From the IMG/VR virus record IMGVR_UViG_3300045988_141072, positions 64,001 to 128,000 of that record: DNA of 64,000 nucleotides; one strand, written 5' to 3'. This stretch comes from a virus. The notes below the pieces were generated by a model, which did not search any database, was not told where the DNA came from, and saw only the letters and a program-made list of their open reading frames with translations. Below, one piece after another: positions 19,309 to 27,830 of the stretch. Numbering within the stretch: position 1 is the stretch's first letter; the number at the start of each line of letters is the position of its first letter. The translations under genes were made by a program, and so were the position numbers.

Positions 19309-19785
19309 TTAAATTTTGCATCTATTCTGCATGTCTTTTATTAATTCATTTTTATATTTTTCCATTTCGTTATAAATATTAAAACTTGCAGCAACTCCAT
19401 ATCCACCATGCCAATCACCACCATGCCAAGTACCAGATGGATTATAGATATATGTACTCAATAAATATTGTCCTGATATGGAATCATTTCTAATTACTGG
19501 ATAATCTTTCATAGTAGTACCATCAATACGAACACCACCATAAAATCTATCAGTTCCATTTTTGTAATATTTATGCGCTGATCTATATAAATTGAAGGTA
19601 CGACTATAGTATGGTTCATCGTATTTATTCAATTTTGGTTGATAATCGGCATAATACCAATCGAGTAAGGTAATATAATGGTTTGTTAATTTTTCAGAAG
19701 CCTCATGTGCTAATTTTTTTGCTTTTTCTTGGCATTGTTTTTCTATCTTACTTATAAAATTCTGATCTAGTCTAAATGAACCCAT
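19309..19785 (-). CDS. hypothetical protein upstream of tape measure
   Basis: 158 aa, ATG after GGAGGTGA RBS. Confidence 0.6.
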   Translation of the reverse strand: MGSFRLDQNFISKIEKQCQEKAKKLAHEASEKLTNHYITLLDWYYADYQPKLNKYDEPYYSRTFNLYRSAHKYYKNGTDRFYGGVRIDGTTMKDYPVIRNDSISGQYLLSTYIYNPSGTWHGGDWHGGYGVAASFNIYNEMEKYKNELIKDMQNRCKI

Positions 19786-19962
19786 TTATCATCACCTCCA
19801 AAATTTCACTATTTTTACACTAAAATAGGAGAGTAGTAATACTGCTCTCCATAAGAAAAGCTCTATATGCTTTGATACGTATAGAGCCTGTTTATTTTAT
19901 TTATTATATATGATATAATTATTGCACCTGTGGTAAATATAGGTAGATAAGGAATTGCTGTA

Positions 19963-20049
19963 ATGGAAATCGCTTGTTCAGTCGTTTCTGCCTGTGTTGC
20001 AGTCTTAGGGCTTGTATATACAGTATACAGAGACAATAAAAAGAAATAA
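19963..20049 (+). CDS. 28-aa hydrophobic peptide (type I toxin-like or membrane peptide)
   Basis: MEIACSVVSACVAVLGLVYTVYRDNKKK, AAGGAA RBS. Plus strand inside a minus-strand block; too short for the ORF track. Confidence 0.35.
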   Translation: MEIACSVVSACVAVLGLVYTVYRDNKKK

Positions 20050-20216
20050 TATAACCTATTATTTTAAGTACCACAGATGCGAGTATCTACTTGATAAGGT
20101 TGACGTGATAGAGCGGTAGAAGACCAGTCACCTTCTGCTACACAAAACTATAATAACAAAACCTATATTTACATAGTTCTTGAGGGACAACCTAACCAAG
20201 TAGAGAAAGTATTTGC

Positions 20217-20244
20217 TTGACAATACGATTATAAATGTTATAAT
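20217..20244 (+). promoter_or_regulatory. near-consensus sigma-A type promoter
   Basis: TTGACA (20217-20222), 16-nt spacer with TGT, TATAAT (20239-20244). Confidence 0.6.
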
Positions 20245-20250
20245 CAACAA

Positions 20251-20405
20251 TAGAACAAGCAAAATAATAAAATCCATTATATGTACTAATCCATATCTTC
20301 ATTGCAATCTGACTAATTGTAGCCGAAGACTTAAAGAAAAGAAGTACATCAGGAGGCAGGAGATAGCATCATATTATTCGTAATGTGGTGCTATCTCTCG
20401 TTTTA
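20251..20405 (+). ncRNA. candidate small RNA (about 155 nt), antisense to the surrounding operon
   Basis: Runs from the promoter above to hairpin GAGATAGCA...TGCTATCTC (20360-20397) plus TTTT. No plausible ORF. Confidence 0.4.
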
Positions 20406-20423
20406 ATAAGAAATTTGAATTTC

Positions 20424-20699
20424 TTATACATTTATATATGTATTTGTTTCTTCATCTAATTTTAAAAATGCATGAGCCAACGTAGCTTTTCTATCATCCT
20501 TAGAAACAAGAGTAATATATAAGTCTTCTGATCCATCATCCTTTTTCAAAAGTTCGCTCTCCGACCCAATTTTATTTTTATTTTCCTGTTCTAATCTATA
20601 TTTTGCTAAAAGCATTAGAGCCTCACCACAAGTTCCGTTGAAATCATCTGGAAGATTAAACCAACATTCTTCTATATAAAATAGCTTGTTTGATACCAT
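20424..20699 (-). CDS. hypothetical protein
   Basis: 91-aa ORF packed 3 nt after 20703..21329. Confidence 0.55.
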   Translation of the reverse strand: MVSNKLFYIEECWFNLPDDFNGTCGEALMLLAKYRLEQENKNKIGSESELLKKDDGSEDLYITLVSKDDRKATLAHAFLKLDEETNTYINV

Positions 20700-20702
20700 A
20701 TT

Positions 20703-21329
20703 CTATACCTCTTTAAAATTTGCGGTACTGCTAAGTTTATAATCATCAAGAATCTTTCTCAACTCATCATTGGATAAACTATCAAGTTTCTTATTCACAA
20801 CATCAACAAGTGGTGTGAGAGTAGCTTCGCCAAGAGTTTTGAATCTATCTACCTGTCTTTCGATAAAAGCCTGTGGATCAGAATAATTTTTTAATGTATC
20901 TGAGACTTTCATATCTAGTACAGTCCTAAATTCGCCTAATTCACTTATAGGAATAAGTGGATCAGCTTTATCAGAACCAACCATTAAAATATCGAGTAAG
21001 CCAGATGATTTAAGTGCATCATATTCTTTAATAAAACTTCCGTCTTCAATCTCAAGATTAGTATATAATTCAATCACTGCACGGCAGAACTGTACATACT
21101 GCGCAACTGAATTTAGATTAATTTTGTCTGTTTTACGATACTTTGTTTTACCATTGTCATCATAAGATTCCTGCTTAAACATTGTTTTATCTACAATTAA
21201 CTGTGCATAAGTATCTTTTTTTATTATTGATACATATGGACTTATCTTAATTTTTTCTTCGATGAATCTATCTTTTGACTGTTGTGTAGCTATATCGTTA
21301 TATCTTTTTACAAATTCTAAAATTTTCAT
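20703..21329 (-). CDS. hypothetical protein (possible tail assembly chaperone by position)
   Basis: 208-aa ORF after AAGGAA RBS. Position between tail tube and tape measure. Confidence 0.5.
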   Translation of the reverse strand: MKILEFVKRYNDIATQQSKDRFIEEKIKISPYVSIIKKDTYAQLIVDKTMFKQESYDDNGKTKYRKTDKINLNSVAQYVQFCRAVIELYTNLEIEDGSFIKEYDALKSSGLLDILMVGSDKADPLIPISELGEFRTVLDMKVSDTLKNYSDPQAFIERQVDRFKTLGEATLTPLVDVVNKKLDSLSNDELRKILDDYKLSSTANFKEV

Positions 21330-21359
21330 ATATTATTCCTTTCTTTCCAATACAAAAAA

Positions 21360-21383
21360 GAGACTGGTCACAAAACCAGTCTC
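21360..21383 (-). terminator. intrinsic terminator
   Basis: Minus strand GAGACUGGU-UUUGUG-ACCAGUCUC followed by UUUUUUG. Confidence 0.7.
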
Positions 21384-21402
21384 CCTTAGATAATTTTATT
21401 AT

Positions 21403-21594
21403 TTAGTTTTTTGTTTTTAATGCGACTTCGCAAGGTAGTAATAGCCACTTTGCATTTTTGTGTTTATGTATATTTTGTTCAACAAAGATGTGAACTTCAT
21501 CTAAAGTTGCCTTATTTACATCTTCCAAAACCTTATACTCAAACACGTCATTTTCATCAACACATACAAGTTTAAAGAATGTCGAGTTTCCCAT
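21403..21594 (-). CDS. hypothetical small protein
   Basis: MGNSTFFKLVCVDEND... after AAAGGGGTGA RBS. Confidence 0.5.
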   Translation of the reverse strand: MGNSTFFKLVCVDENDVFEYKVLEDVNKATLDEVHIFVEQNIHKHKNAKWLLLPCEVALKTKN

Positions 21595-21610
21595 ACTGTC
21601 ACCCCTTTCT

Positions 21611-21805
21611 TCATTTGATACAAAACAATTCATAAAGATCTACGTGTAAAATTTTGGAAAGAGTAATGGCATTCCTCAACATAATATCATTCGTATATCC
21701 ATTCTCGATACGGTTTAATTCTGCAACAGAGATTCCACTTAATCGAGATAGCTCTTGTAATGTTATATTATTTTTATTTCTATAATACCATAATTTATTT
21801 TCCAT
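21611..21805 (-). CDS. XRE-family helix-turn-helix regulator (Cro/CI-like)
   Basis: 64 aa. ITLQELSRLSGISVAELNRIENG is a classic HTH_3 motif. Confidence 0.75.
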   Translation of the reverse strand: MENKLWYYRNKNNITLQELSRLSGISVAELNRIENGYTNDIMLRNAITLSKILHVDLYELFCIK

Positions 21806-21861
21806 AATTTTAATGTGTTCAATATGCTTATTGTTTATACATGAATTATATAATGGAAAAA

Positions 21862-21877
21862 TTTACATTCGTGTAAA
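21862..21877. promoter_or_regulatory. palindromic operator candidate upstream of XRE gene
   Basis: TTTACA-TTCG-TGTAAA overlapping a -35-like TTACAC, with TATAAT downstream on the minus strand. Confidence 0.4.
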
Positions 21878-21908
21878 ATTAGTTATAGTATAATATTATT
21901 TTGTGTGA

Positions 21909-22409
21909 TTAGATATGCGTTTCTTTTATAAGCAAATCAACATCATATTTATATCTAGTTCTTTTTTTATTATTTTGAATTCGAGTTGCGTTATAATCTT
22001 CTAAATCCTTTATGTTAAAAGACTTCTTATTTATATTTTTCATCATATCCATAAAATCACTAATCTCAATGAAGAATGTATCGTTATTGTTATTACGAAA
22101 ATTACAAATAAAGCCTGCGACAAGATTGTGTTTACTTGCTTCTTGTAAAGATTTTATTTGATTGTCTCGAATCATTGAAAGTGAAATACTCGTATTTGAA
22201 GTCGATTTTAATTCCCACAAAAACAATGTTTGAGTTAAATCATCAAAACATATATAATCACATATGTTACTACTTGCGAATCTGGTGTTATTACCATTTC
22301 CAAATGAAGCAGCGTTATCTCTTAATCTATATATCCAACAAGTGTCAGGAGCAGACACTTTAAAATCCGATTCAAAAAGTTTTCCTGGATTTTTAGTTAT
22401 GTTAATCAC
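21909..22409 (-). CDS. RecU-like Holliday junction resolvase (PD-(D/E)xK)
   Basis: GKLFESDF..., ICDYICFD...LFLWELKST resembles the RecU D...E.K core. Start codon ambiguous (GTG lies inside the AAGAGGTGA RBS). Confidence 0.5.
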   Translation of the reverse strand: MINITKNPGKLFESDFKVSAPDTCWIYRLRDNAASFGNGNNTRFASSNICDYICFDDLTQTLFLWELKSTSNTSISLSMIRDNQIKSLQEASKHNLVAGFICNFRNNNNDTFFIEISDFMDMMKNINKKSFNIKDLEDYNATRIQNNKKRTRYKYDVDLLIKETHI

Positions 22410-22551
22410 CTCTTGATTATTATTTAAGGGTAGGAGAGTAGTCTAGCCACATACTCTCCAAAAACAAAATGCCCTTACCACATGGCTAGATAGTGGTAAA
22501 GACACTTTACAGAATAGAAGAGCGATTCCCAAAGAAACCGCTCTTTCAAAC

Positions 22552-23064
22552 TTAAAAATTACCATTTTTCATTTTTTCTTGATAAGCCTCATTAATGATT
22601 TTCATCGAATTTTCAACTTCACCATTTTTTAAACCATGTTCAGTTAATATTCTTTCATATGATTCATAAGTTTTAAAACAATGCTTAAAACAATCTTTAT
22701 TACATGGTTTATTTTCAGATATTTTTGTCGCAAAATTATTAATTTCCCAGCGATAATCGTTAATTTCTTTTTCAACAAACATCGTTGTTAATTTTGCTAA
22801 ATCATCTTTTATTGCCTTATCATGTTTTATAGCACGTTCCGTATCTTTTGCCTCTTTATCTTTTAATTCATTGAGTGCTTCCGAAGTTTTGATAAGCAAT
22901 TCATGTTCTTCACGTTTTAGTCGCATAGACCTCGTTTCCAAACCCAACAATTTAATGAACCAATCAAACAACGTCCACATAAATTTAAATGCTAACAAAA
23001 TAGTACAAATGGAAATAATTAAAGTACCATAATTAATCTGTGTAAGTTCCTTTATTGCATCCAT
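22552..23064 (-). CDS. membrane-anchored coiled-coil protein
   Basis: N-terminal LIISICTILLAFKFMWTLFDWFIKLL helix followed by a charged coiled coil. Confidence 0.5.
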   Translation of the reverse strand: MDAIKELTQINYGTLIISICTILLAFKFMWTLFDWFIKLLGLETRSMRLKREEHELLIKTSEALNELKDKEAKDTERAIKHDKAIKDDLAKLTTMFVEKEINDYRWEINNFATKISENKPCNKDCFKHCFKTYESYERILTEHGLKNGEVENSMKIINEAYQEKMKNGNF

Positions 23065-23072
23065 TCATACTA

Positions 23073-23381
23073 TTACCTGCTTTCTTTAATCTTTTTTAAT
23101 ATTTCTTCAATATCTTCAGCAACCAATTCACCATTCTTAATTGAATCGGTGATATTCTGGGCAATCTGAGAAGCAGGTGTTACATTGAAGTTTTTATATG
23201 TATTATACAATGTCATTATAATTAAAAATACAATTGACACGATTTCTGATGCTTCATCATTTGTAACAGGAATTGTATTAATTCCGAATATCTGTAATAC
23301 TGCATTGATTAATGCTATAAGTAAAACAACTATTCTTGTAATCGCTTCGGGAGTAATTCCCTTTAAATTTATTTTCTTCAT
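23073..23381 (-). CDS. phage holin-like membrane protein
   Basis: 102 aa with two hydrophobic helices (IVVLLIALINAVLQIF, IVSIVFLIIMTLY) and a charged C-terminus. AAGGAGGAAAA RBS. Confidence 0.55.
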   Translation of the reverse strand: MKKINLKGITPEAITRIVVLLIALINAVLQIFGINTIPVTNDEASEIVSIVFLIIMTLYNTYKNFNVTPASQIAQNITDSIKNGELVAEDIEEILKKIKESR

Positions 23382-23559
23382 TATTTTCCTCCTTGTTTTT
23401 ATTTAACCAAGACCAATCTTGAATTTGTCCACAAGAACAAACTTTTTGCCGAGGCGATATTTCTTCACCACAACGTACACAAACCGCATACCCACCATCA
23501 AGCTCTATGTATGGTTCTAATGGTGTCTTTTTTGAAATATTATCTATACTCATATACAC
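23278..23559 (-). CDS. small zinc-ribbon protein
   Basis: CVRCGEEISPRQKVCSCG. The 3' part overlaps the holin start by about 100 nt in another frame. Confidence 0.4.
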   Translation of the reverse strand: MYMSIDNISKKTPLEPYIELDGGYAVCVRCGEEISPRQKVCSCGQIQDWSWLNKNKEENNEENKFKGNYSRSDYKNSCFTYSINQCSITDIRN

Positions 23560-24653
23560 GACCTCAAAATTTCAATATTTTTTTTCAAATTTTTACAGAA
23601 GCACTCTAATTCTTTTTTTGTTTCATTTCCATTAAAAGTAATACGAATACAATTGTTAATATCATTTTTATCTATATTTATTGCAGTAAGGGTAGAGGAG
23701 GGTGATAAATCACCACTTGCACAAGCACTACCAGTGCTAACCTGATAATCATTCATATCTAGTAAAATCATCAACGATTCACCGGGGACGTTTTTAAAAC
23801 ATATATATAAATTATGTGGAAGCCTATGTTGTAATTTTGAACCGATTAAATAACAATCTGATATATTATTAATAATATAATTATAGACATAATCTCGACT
23901 ACACGATGTAATAGAAGAATAATCATAGTTTTTAATTGCTTTACCTAACGCCCCAATACCAAACACGTTTTCTGTACCACCAAACAATCCTTGTTCCTGC
24001 GAACCATATATAAGGGGTTCGAGTTCGATTGATGATTTTTTATATAAAACACCTGTCCCCTTCAATGCTCCAAGTTTATGAGCAGAAAAACCCAGACCAT
24101 CAACATCTAGTGCTTTGACATCAACAGGAATTTGACTGATTGATCCTGTACAATCAACATAGATGATTGCATTATAAAAGTGAGATATCTCAATAATCTG
24201 TTTTACATCCTGAATTGTTCCTATCTCAGAGTTGGCATATTCTATAACTACAAGCTTCTTCATTGTATCCATAGATAAACATTCTTTAAGATCCTGAATA
24301 TCTATCTTACCTGTATAGTCGACTTTGAGTGGACTCTTGTATTTAAGTGATTCTACACATTTTAATACCGACTTATGAGAAGTAGGGGAGTATAATACTT
24401 TACATTCATTTTTCTGAGTATAACCTTTAATAAACAGTGTATTATTGGCTGAACCACCGGATGTAAAGATAATGTTTTGAGAATCTGCGTTGATAAATTT
24501 CACTACATTATGTCGTGCGTCATTAATTATTTGTTTAGTTGCAACACCAGACTGATATAGCGATGAGGGATTTTGATATATATCCAACAAATAAACAATA
24601 AAATCTTTAACTTCTTGTTTTAGTGGGGTAGTAGCAGCATTATCTAAATACAT
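23550..24653 (-). CDS. cysteine desulfurase (NifS/IscS-like class V aminotransferase)
   Basis: YLDNAATTP N-terminus, PLP-lysine motif FSAHKLGALKGTGVLY, catalytic loop STGSACASG. Confidence 0.8.
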   Translation of the reverse strand: MYLDNAATTPLKQEVKDFIVYLLDIYQNPSSLYQSGVATKQIINDARHNVVKFINADSQNIIFTSGGSANNTLFIKGYTQKNECKVLYSPTSHKSVLKCVESLKYKSPLKVDYTGKIDIQDLKECLSMDTMKKLVVIEYANSEIGTIQDVKQIIEISHFYNAIIYVDCTGSISQIPVDVKALDVDGLGFSAHKLGALKGTGVLYKKSSIELEPLIYGSQEQGLFGGTENVFGIGALGKAIKNYDYSSITSCSRDYVYNYIINNISDCYLIGSKLQHRLPHNLYICFKNVPGESLMILLDMNDYQVSTGSACASGDLSPSSTLTAINIDKNDINNCIRITFNGNETKKELECFCKNLKKNIEILRSCI

Positions 24654-24667
24654 AAAACAATCACCAC

Positions 24668-24889
24668 CTAATCTAATTCATAATTACACCACTTTTTATA
24701 AACATCAGTAGTATCTTCTTTTAAAAATACCATAGCAAGAATGGCATTGTTTTTATCATCAATACTCGTATAAATATCAATAGGGAACACATTGTTTTTT
24801 ATATAGAGTAACATTTGCTTAGGGTTAATTATTCTGATAACCTCGTGTGGCAAATAATTTCTTGCTTTTTTTAAATTTGTTTCAATCAT
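24668..24889 (-). CDS. hypothetical small protein
   Basis: 73-aa ORF immediately upstream of the desulfurase. Confidence 0.5.
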   Translation of the reverse strand: MIETNLKKARNYLPHEVIRIINPKQMLLYIKNNVFPIDIYTSIDDKNNAILAMVFLKEDTTDVYKKWCNYELD

Positions 24890-25009
24890 TTTAGTTATTT
24901 TTCCTTTTATTCCTTTTTTATTTGAAAATCCTATTCATTTTCGTAAAAAATAGGGAATATAAAACTAATTGAATAGTAATTATATCCCCTATCAGAATTT
25001 TTTAAATCA

Positions 25010-25393
25010 CTATTCAACATTACGAAATCCTTTCTTTTTTACAGGATTTTTAAATACCTTATCTGAATTTTCAATCATTTCAGTTTTTTCATTTTTAACA
25101 ATTTTAGAAGTTTCTGTTGAATTCATTTTTTTGACTTCAACAGAAATTTTCTTTAAAGTGTTTTTATAACTTTCACCAAAATTATCTTTTTTAGATAAAT
25201 CTAGTTTTGATAATTTTTCATTTGCCGTTTTTGCATCAATCTGACCATTTTCATATGAAGATGTTATTTTATAAATATCTTTACAATTTTCACAACAATA
25301 TGAAAACATCCATGTTGGAAGTTCTTTGTGACATATATTGCAATATTCATACTGATTATGACAAACACAGCAAGTTCTTAAATTTTTAGACAT
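25010..25393 (-). CDS. cysteine-rich (zinc-binding) protein
   Basis: MSKNLRTCCVCHNQYEYCNICHKELPTWMFSYCCENCK after AAAGGAG RBS. Confidence 0.55.
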   Translation of the reverse strand: MSKNLRTCCVCHNQYEYCNICHKELPTWMFSYCCENCKDIYKITSSYENGQIDAKTANEKLSKLDLSKKDNFGESYKNTLKKISVEVKKMNSTETSKIVKNEKTEMIENSDKVFKNPVKKKGFRNVE

Positions 25394-25468
25394 TAAATAC
25401 TCCTTTAAATACAAATAGAAGAGTAGAATATATCCACCCCTCTATTTGTGTATTATTTAATTACAAAA

Positions 25469-26260
25469 TTAATCAGCATCTTCTTCTTCATCTACAAAAT
25501 AGATTTCTACCATATCCTGTGATGCAGAACATGCGTCTGTAAGAATAGCACCTTTATAATCCATATTCTGTGAATCTCCACCTTCAAGAGCAATAGATAC
25601 CTCTGGACTTGGAATAAATGATGGAATATGAATAATTACTGCACGGAAACTACCTACATTACACTTATCAACAGCGAGTGCCTTAAAGTATAATTCGTGA
25701 GCCTTTGGATACTTATCACCAGAAATTGTAATCTTTGCACCACTCTTAACATTTTTCTTAAATTTAACAAGATACTGTGTTTCATTTGTATCTGTAGGCG
25801 GTGTAAAAGTATGTCCTGCTGTATCTACTTTAAATTCTGTTTCAGATGCATCAGTTCCCTTTGTATATTCTTTACCAAGTGAACCATTTATAGAAAGTGC
25901 ATTAACAATAAATGTGTCTTCAACTGCATCAGTAATATCAAGTGTTTCACCAGCTTTAATAATCTTAAAGATAGGCATAACAATAGCCTTTCCTGCATCA
26001 GCAATTTCAGCACTAGTTGCAGAAATAGCTTCAATAACTGCAAGATTTAAGAATGCGTTTGTAGCAGTAATTTCTCCACTTTTACCAGAGTATTTTCTGT
26101 ATACTAAATTACCATCCTTATCTTTAATATCTGTAGAATCAGCAGTAATGTCGATTGTTGCGTTTGATAACTGTGTAAGAGCATATAAAGCTTTTGTTTT
26201 TGTAGCACCATAACCAAACTGTAAACGGTCAATAATTACGTCACCTAATTTAAATGCCAT
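25469..26260 (-). CDS. major tail (tube) protein, position-based
   Basis: 263 aa, strong RBS, flanked by terminators, acidic C-terminus. Lies between the head-tail genes and the tape measure. Confidence 0.5.
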   Translation of the reverse strand: MAFKLGDVIIDRLQFGYGATKTKALYALTQLSNATIDITADSTDIKDKDGNLVYRKYSGKSGEITATNAFLNLAVIEAISATSAEIADAGKAIVMPIFKIIKAGETLDITDAVEDTFIVNALSINGSLGKEYTKGTDASETEFKVDTAGHTFTPPTDTNETQYLVKFKKNVKSGAKITISGDKYPKAHELYFKALAVDKCNVGSFRAVIIHIPSFIPSPEVSIALEGGDSQNMDYKGAILTDACSASQDMVEIYFVDEEEDAD

Positions 26261-26325
26261 AATTTTAATCCTCCTTATATTTTAATTTTTTGTATTAAAA
26301 AAGAGCGACATCAAATCGCTCAAAG

Positions 26326-27165
26326 TCACACATTATTTATTTCTCTCATAAAATTAAACTGTTCTTTAGGTACTTTAGATGTATCGCAGAATCCACTATA
26401 ACTTCCACCCATAAGTGCATGGGTAGATTCATATATTTGTAACCTCTGCACGGAGTCCATAAATTCGTAAATTCCAACGTCTCTAAGTTCCTGTAGTTTA
26501 TATTTAAATCCTGGATGATTAATACAAGCTGATATGAGTGGCAAAAGAGTAGAAGTATTTTTATCTTCTTTTTGCGTAGCCATATTCATTCTATCTTCAT
26601 CTATCATCCATTGTTTTGTAGTTTTGCCTTTAGCTTTTTCTATTTTTGGGTGTATATTTAATAGAGTCCTAATATATTCAGCTATTTCCATGTATTCAGA
26701 TTCTTTTAATAAGAAATCATTTTTTTCATCATACAAACATAACTCTGAATTTTCTGAATTAGGATATTTTATTGATACCAATTCCATATTTTCAACTTGA
26801 TAATCGGGGAACAATAATCGAATAACAGGGCGATCAATACCTGTATTTTTTAACATAGCGAACACTTCTATATCACTAACCTTGCACCAATCTATTCGTT
26901 GTGGCAAATCCCATAACATTACACGAATAGAAGTAGAATTATATAGAAAAGGCGAAAGACCAGAATAAAATTTTGACTCACCTATATCGAGAATATTACC
27001 TATCGTTGGTTGTATAATACGAATACCTTTAACAAAGTAATCTTCTCTAAAATACATTTTAAGTGGATCAAATTTATATTCTTGTGTATTCTCTTTTTTC
27101 TTTTTCGCTTCAGCTATAACGGCAGCTTGAAGTCCATCCAACATATCAGTATTTTGCTGCGCCAT
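26326..27165 (-). CDS. hypothetical structural-module protein
   Basis: 279-aa ORF, followed by terminator at 26303-26321. Confidence 0.55.
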   Translation of the reverse strand: MAQQNTDMLDGLQAAVIAEAKKKKENTQEYKFDPLKMYFREDYFVKGIRIIQPTIGNILDIGESKFYSGLSPFLYNSTSIRVMLWDLPQRIDWCKVSDIEVFAMLKNTGIDRPVIRLLFPDYQVENMELVSIKYPNSENSELCLYDEKNDFLLKESEYMEIAEYIRTLLNIHPKIEKAKGKTTKQWMIDEDRMNMATQKEDKNTSTLLPLISACINHPGFKYKLQELRDVGIYEFMDSVQRLQIYESTHALMGGSYSGFCDTSKVPKEQFNFMREINNV

Positions 27166-27169
27166 AACA

Positions 27170-27820
27170 TCACCGCCTTAACTGATAGTTATTTACACTC
27201 GTTATACCATCTGTTGTTTTATGAATTCCATTAGTATCGACAACTTGGAATACAAGAGTGCGAACAAGATAATTATTATCTGTCGTAGATTCCTTTGATG
27301 AGATAAGATGTGTTTGCATTCCAAATATATTAGACCAATTAAATCGCTCTCTTATAATAGAAGCAATAAGATCATGTCTTGGAATTCCTGTTAATTTGTC
27401 ATTCCTATCATTACCATGAATAAAAATAGTAAATGTAACATTTGTGTATTTTAATGTATCCTGATAGCGAGGCATTTCATCAAAAGATACTTGATAACAG
27501 ATATAATGTTTTACCTCAGTCTGAGTATCTGGGATAAATAAATAAGGACGGATATTTGAATTTCCACCAAAATATCTATCCCATTCTCCAAGAGGTTCGT
27601 ATTCCTTTGTTTTTTCGTTCCATTCCCAATTAATATTACCATCACCATCGAAAAGTTCTGATTCTAATGATTTCTCATTGAGTGCATATAAAAGACATGG
27701 ATTAAGCATAAGTGCTTTCTCAATCTTTTTCTTATACTGAATATTTTCATCATCAGGAGTAGTCTTATATGCACGAAGTTTGTTTAACAAATCATTCTTT
27801 GTAACTAATTTTTCTGCCAT
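27170..27820 (-). CDS. hypothetical structural-module protein
   Basis: 216-aa ORF after AGGAGGTG RBS. Confidence 0.55.
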   Translation of the reverse strand: MAEKLVTKNDLLNKLRAYKTTPDDENIQYKKKIEKALMLNPCLLYALNEKSLESELFDGDGNINWEWNEKTKEYEPLGEWDRYFGGNSNIRPYLFIPDTQTEVKHYICYQVSFDEMPRYQDTLKYTNVTFTIFIHGNDRNDKLTGIPRHDLIASIIRERFNWSNIFGMQTHLISSKESTTDNNYLVRTLVFQVVDTNGIHKTTDGITSVNNYQLRR

Positions 27821-27830
27821 AAAACACCTC

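Noticed and set aside
20424-21329. Tail-chaperone pair with programmed frameshift (G/GT-like)
   Set aside because: The two ORFs are separated by a stop and 3 nt, with no overlap and no slippery heptamer near the junction
21909-22409. Systematic use of ATA/ATC/ATT start codons, suggested by the RecU-like gene, PIN-PhoH and the distal tape-measure half
   Set aside because: There are only two cases with a suggestive RBS (22409 region and 49009). The tape-measure extension has no RBS at all, so one common explanation is not supported. The PIN-PhoH case is reported on its own
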